In this document: positions 36,742 to 39,756 of the stretch, in pieces
How positions within the stretch are numbered: position 1 is the first letter of the stretch
Layout of the letters: each line of letters begins with the position of its first letter
DNA from: Candidatus Hermodarchaeota archaeon
Lineage (GTDB): Archaea; Asgardarchaeota; Lokiarchaeia; Sigyniarchaeales; SOKP01
Reading direction: 5' to 3'
Length of the DNA stretch: 39,756 bases
Assembly (NCBI GenBank): GCA_048885535.1
Contig: JBHLLO010000028.1
Span: 1-39,756, forward strand
The notes under the pieces: generated by a model
What the model was told of the DNA's origin: nothing
Databases searched by the model: none
What the model saw: only the letters and a program-made list of their open reading frames with translations
Position numbers and translations under genes: made by a program

Positions 36742-37407
36742 ATGAAATATACTTCTATATTTGATGTGATTGGTCATATAATGGTTGGACCAAGCTCGAG
36801 TCATACAGCAGGGGCGTGTCAAATTGCTTATGTTGCTCAGTTATTATTTGGCAAGAAGCCTAAAACTGTAAAAATTGGACTCCATGGTTCATTTGCAGAA
36901 ACTTTTCGTGGTCATGGAACCGATATCGCGATATTAGGGGGCTTATTGGGCTTTAAACCTGAAGATGAGAGGATTAAGAATGCAGTTGAAATCGCTGAAA
37001 AGGAAAATCTTGAGTATTCATTTGAATCGGTAGATTTAGGCATAGATTATCATCCAAACTCAGTAATTATAGAGATGATCCGTGGATCAGAAAGAATGAC
37101 TGTTATAGGTTCTTCAATAGGCGGAGGTAACATAATAATCAAAGAGGTTGATGGATTAGATGCAGGATTTGGGGGAGAACCTAATACTCTAGCGATTTTG
37201 AATCATGATAAAATTGCGGCACTTGTAAATATTGCTAATACACTTCAAAAATTTAAATTAAATATTGGATCAATGAAAATATCTAGAAATTTAAAAAAGA
37301 AAATAGCATTAACGTGGCTGGAAGCAGATTCAACTCTTTCAGAAGAATTAATTGATGCTTTAAAAAAGCATCCAGAAATAATATGGGTGAGGGTTATAAA
37401 TGTTTGA
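36742..37407 (+). CDS. sdaAB: L-serine dehydratase beta subunit (with ACT domain)
   Basis: FDVIGHIMVGPSSSHTAGA, HGSFAETFRGHGTD, HPNS and SIGGG. Confidence 0.93.
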   Translation: MKYTSIFDVIGHIMVGPSSSHTAGACQIAYVAQLLFGKKPKTVKIGLHGSFAETFRGHGTDIAILGGLLGFKPEDERIKNAVEIAEKENLEYSFESVDLGIDYHPNSVIIEMIRGSERMTVIGSSIGGGNIIIKEVDGLDAGFGGEPNTLAILNHDKIAALVNIANTLQKFKLNIGSMKISRNLKKKIALTWLEADSTLSEELIDALKKHPEIIWVRVINV

Positions 37408-38266
37408 ATCGATACTGAATTTACTTAATGAAGCTGAAGCTAAAGGTATTCCGTTACACGAGTTAATAATAAACGATGAAATGGAATATCAAAATACTCC
37501 TAAAGAAACTATCATTGAAAAGTTAAACAAGTCTTTAGTTGTAATGAAGCAATCCCTTGAGAAGGCACTTGAAAATGATATTGAATTACCAATAAAAGAA
37601 GCAAGCCATCAAGCGAAGAAAATGCTTTCAGGGGGGATATTCTGTGGAAATAATTTAAAAGAAGCTGTTGGCTGGGCAATGGCTATTGGCGAATATAATA
37701 GTGGTATGGGATTGATAGTTGCTTGTCCTACTGCAGGGTCTTCTGGGGTTTTACCTGCTGTACTTTTCAAAGCAAAAGAAATCCTAAATAAATCAGATGA
37801 GGATTTGTTAAATGCCTTAGTTGTGGCTGCAGCAATAGGAGCGATCATTGGAAATAAAGCCATGCTGTCTGGAAGTGAAGGAGGTTGCCAAGCTGAAGTC
37901 GGAGTTGCTTCTGCAATGGCTGCTGCAGCTATTACATACATGGCAGGAGGATCACATGAGCAAATAAGTAATGCTATCGCTCTGACTTTAAAAAATTTAC
38001 TAGGTCTTGTTTGTGACCCAGTTGCGGGACTTGTGATATCACCTTGCATTAAACGAAACGCTATTGGCGTATTTAACGCGTTTTTAGCCGCTGAAATGGC
38101 ATTATCTGGTATTACATCAATTATACCTGCGGATGAGGTTGTAGATGCAATGAAGAAAGTTGGTCTTAAATTACCATATGAACTAAAGGAGACAGGAAAG
38201 GGGGGAATTGCAGCAACTAAAACAGGAAAGAAAATAAAGAAAAGTATCTTCTCGGAAGCAGAATAA
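37400..38266 (+). CDS. sdaAA: L-serine dehydratase alpha subunit (Fe-S)
   Basis: ACPTAGSSG, GGCQAEVG, LGLVCDPVAGLV, PCIKRN and LKETGKGG. Confidence 0.93.
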   Translation: MFESILNLLNEAEAKGIPLHELIINDEMEYQNTPKETIIEKLNKSLVVMKQSLEKALENDIELPIKEASHQAKKMLSGGIFCGNNLKEAVGWAMAIGEYNSGMGLIVACPTAGSSGVLPAVLFKAKEILNKSDEDLLNALVVAAAIGAIIGNKAMLSGSEGGCQAEVGVASAMAAAAITYMAGGSHEQISNAIALTLKNLLGLVCDPVAGLVISPCIKRNAIGVFNAFLAAEMALSGITSIIPADEVVDAMKKVGLKLPYELKETGKGGIAATKTGKKIKKSIFSEAE

Positions 38267-38514
38267 ACATTATTAGAATCACTTGATATACTAATTAATA
38301 TATTTTTAAATATATTCGAATATCTGGCATGAAAAGAGCCATACCTTAAAATTAAGTGAATTTAAGATTCCATACATCCTGTCGAAATATTTATATATTT
38401 ACACATATATTAAGATATATACTTACATATTTAATATATTTTATAAAAAAAGAATTGCTTGTATTAAATGATTAAATGTGAAATCATATAAAGTAAGCAA
38501 AATGAGGCATAAAT

Positions 38515-39324
38515 ATGTCAAATAATATTGTAGTTAAGGTAGAAAATTTAAAGAAATATTTTGGAGAAATTAAAGCAGTAAATGGAATTTCCTTTAATGT
38601 TAGACAAGGGGAAGTGTTTGGTTTATTAGGTCCAAATGGTGCAGGAAAAACTACTACAATTAAATTATTATTAGGATTATTAGAACCTTTAGAAGGCGAA
38701 ATGAGTATTTTTGGATTACATCCTGAACGCGATGAGGTTCAAATTAAACGTCGAATAGGGTATGTCTCAGAAGAACCGTTAATCTTTAAATCTCTAACTC
38801 CTAAGGATTTATTTAACTTTATTGCATCAATTAGAGGGTTGGAACAAGAAGAAACTGCGGAGAAAGCAAGAGAATATTTAGAAAGCTTAGAAGCTATAGA
38901 ATATTATGAACAGCTTATTGCCACATTAAGTCATGGTAATAAACAAAAAATACAGGTTATAGCAGCGATACTCCATGAGCCAGATTTATTGATCCTAGAT
39001 GAACCTTTAGCAGGATTAGACGCTAAATCTGTAAAAGTAGTAAAAGAAATACTTGAATTACACACGCAACATGGGGGAGCCGTTCTATTTTCAACTCATA
39101 TAATGGAAATTGCTCAAGAACTTTGTGATAGAATAGGTATTATAAACAAAGGCAAAATGGTAGGGATAGGAACTGTTGATGAGCTCCGTCAACAAGCTAA
39201 TAAATTAGGAGCAAGTTTAGAAGATGTTTTCCTTAGGCTAACAGAACAAGATACATCAGTAGAAGAGATCGTAAAAAGATTAAGAGCTTCATATAAGAAG
39301 AAATTTAAAGGAGAAATGACTTAG
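38515..39324 (+). CDS. ABC transporter ATP-binding protein
   Basis: Walker A GPNGAGKTT, signature LSHGNKQ, Walker B LILDEP and STH switch. Confidence 0.93.
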   Translation: MSNNIVVKVENLKKYFGEIKAVNGISFNVRQGEVFGLLGPNGAGKTTTIKLLLGLLEPLEGEMSIFGLHPERDEVQIKRRIGYVSEEPLIFKSLTPKDLFNFIASIRGLEQEETAEKAREYLESLEAIEYYEQLIATLSHGNKQKIQVIAAILHEPDLLILDEPLAGLDAKSVKVVKEILELHTQHGGAVLFSTHIMEIAQELCDRIGIINKGKMVGIGTVDELRQQANKLGASLEDVFLRLTEQDTSVEEIVKRLRASYKKKFKGEMT

Positions 39325-39325
39325 G

Positions 39326-39756
39326 ATGGAAGAAGAGGTAAAACGTAAATATTATTCTTTAGCTAAGTATCCTAATTTAGAAATATTAATGGATGCGCAA
39401 TTATCTTCAGCTGGAGCTAATCAAGCAAAACTCCTTGAAAAGTATAAGAAAAATAAAAAATCTGTTAAACATCAACTCCTAGCACTTAAAATTGTTTATG
39501 GATTTATATTTGTTTTTATTCCGGCTATTACAATCATTGGCTTTCTTGATATTTCACAAGATTATCCCTCAGCTCCAATGGAAACCATATTATTTACTTA
39601 TGCTTTAGTCTTTGGTATTTTTTTCATTATGTCAATCCTATATGTTTTACTCATGGGGTTATTCTCAACAAGTTCATTTATGTCTGGTAACGCGTTTAAA
39701 TGGTTGCAGACACTCCCTTTTTCAAAGAAAGAATTGAAAAAACTGGGGTATGTAAC
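39326..39756 (+). CDS. ABC transporter permease-like membrane protein, truncated by the window end
   Basis: ATG 1 nt after the ATPase stop, open to the end of the window (MEEEVKRKYYSLAKY...). Two TM segments, then WLQTLPFS. Confidence 0.75.
   Translation, partial: MEEEVKRKYYSLAKYPNLEILMDAQLSSAGANQAKLLEKYKKNKKSVKHQLLALKIVYGFIFVFIPAITIIGFLDISQDYPSAPMETILFTYALVFGIFFIMSILYVLLMGLFSTSSFMSGNAFKWLQTLPFSKKELKKLGYV

Noticed and set aside
1391-38049. Short antisense or alternate-frame ORFs in the track (e.g. 3839-4171, 7139-7495, 25313-25525, 26344-26646, 33875-34243, 37609-38049)
   Set aside because: They overlap well-supported genes and show no recognisable motifs.

Overview
AT-rich, gene-dense archaeal window. 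The gene content points to Asgard archaea, most likely Lokiarchaeia (inferred, not searched): a longin-fused small GTPase, a uDENN/longin-like protein, a gelsolin-domain protein, HEAT-LRR paralogs, an archaeal ATP-dependent ligase, AMP phosphorylase and selenoprotein HdrA/MvhD. The main result is that two protein-coding genes are interrupted by short insertions that fold into bulge-helix-bulge (BHB) splice motifs. One is a 30-nt insert with two stop codons in the DKHST|GGVPGNK motif of AMP phosphorylase (21548-21577). The other is a 31-nt frameshifting insert in mvhD (26133-26163). Cutting at the canonical endonuclease positions restores both frames exactly, which suggests tRNA-endonuclease-type mRNA splicing. 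The hdrA-mvhD pair, broken or missed in the ORF track, also carries four in-frame UGA codons at conserved Cys positions and a eukaryote-like SECIS hairpin downstream. Other oddities are two genes that appear to start at ATC or ATT and a hisC-like gene lacking its PLP lysine. No rRNA, tRNA, CRISPR array or transposase was recognised. All folds and family calls were made by eye.
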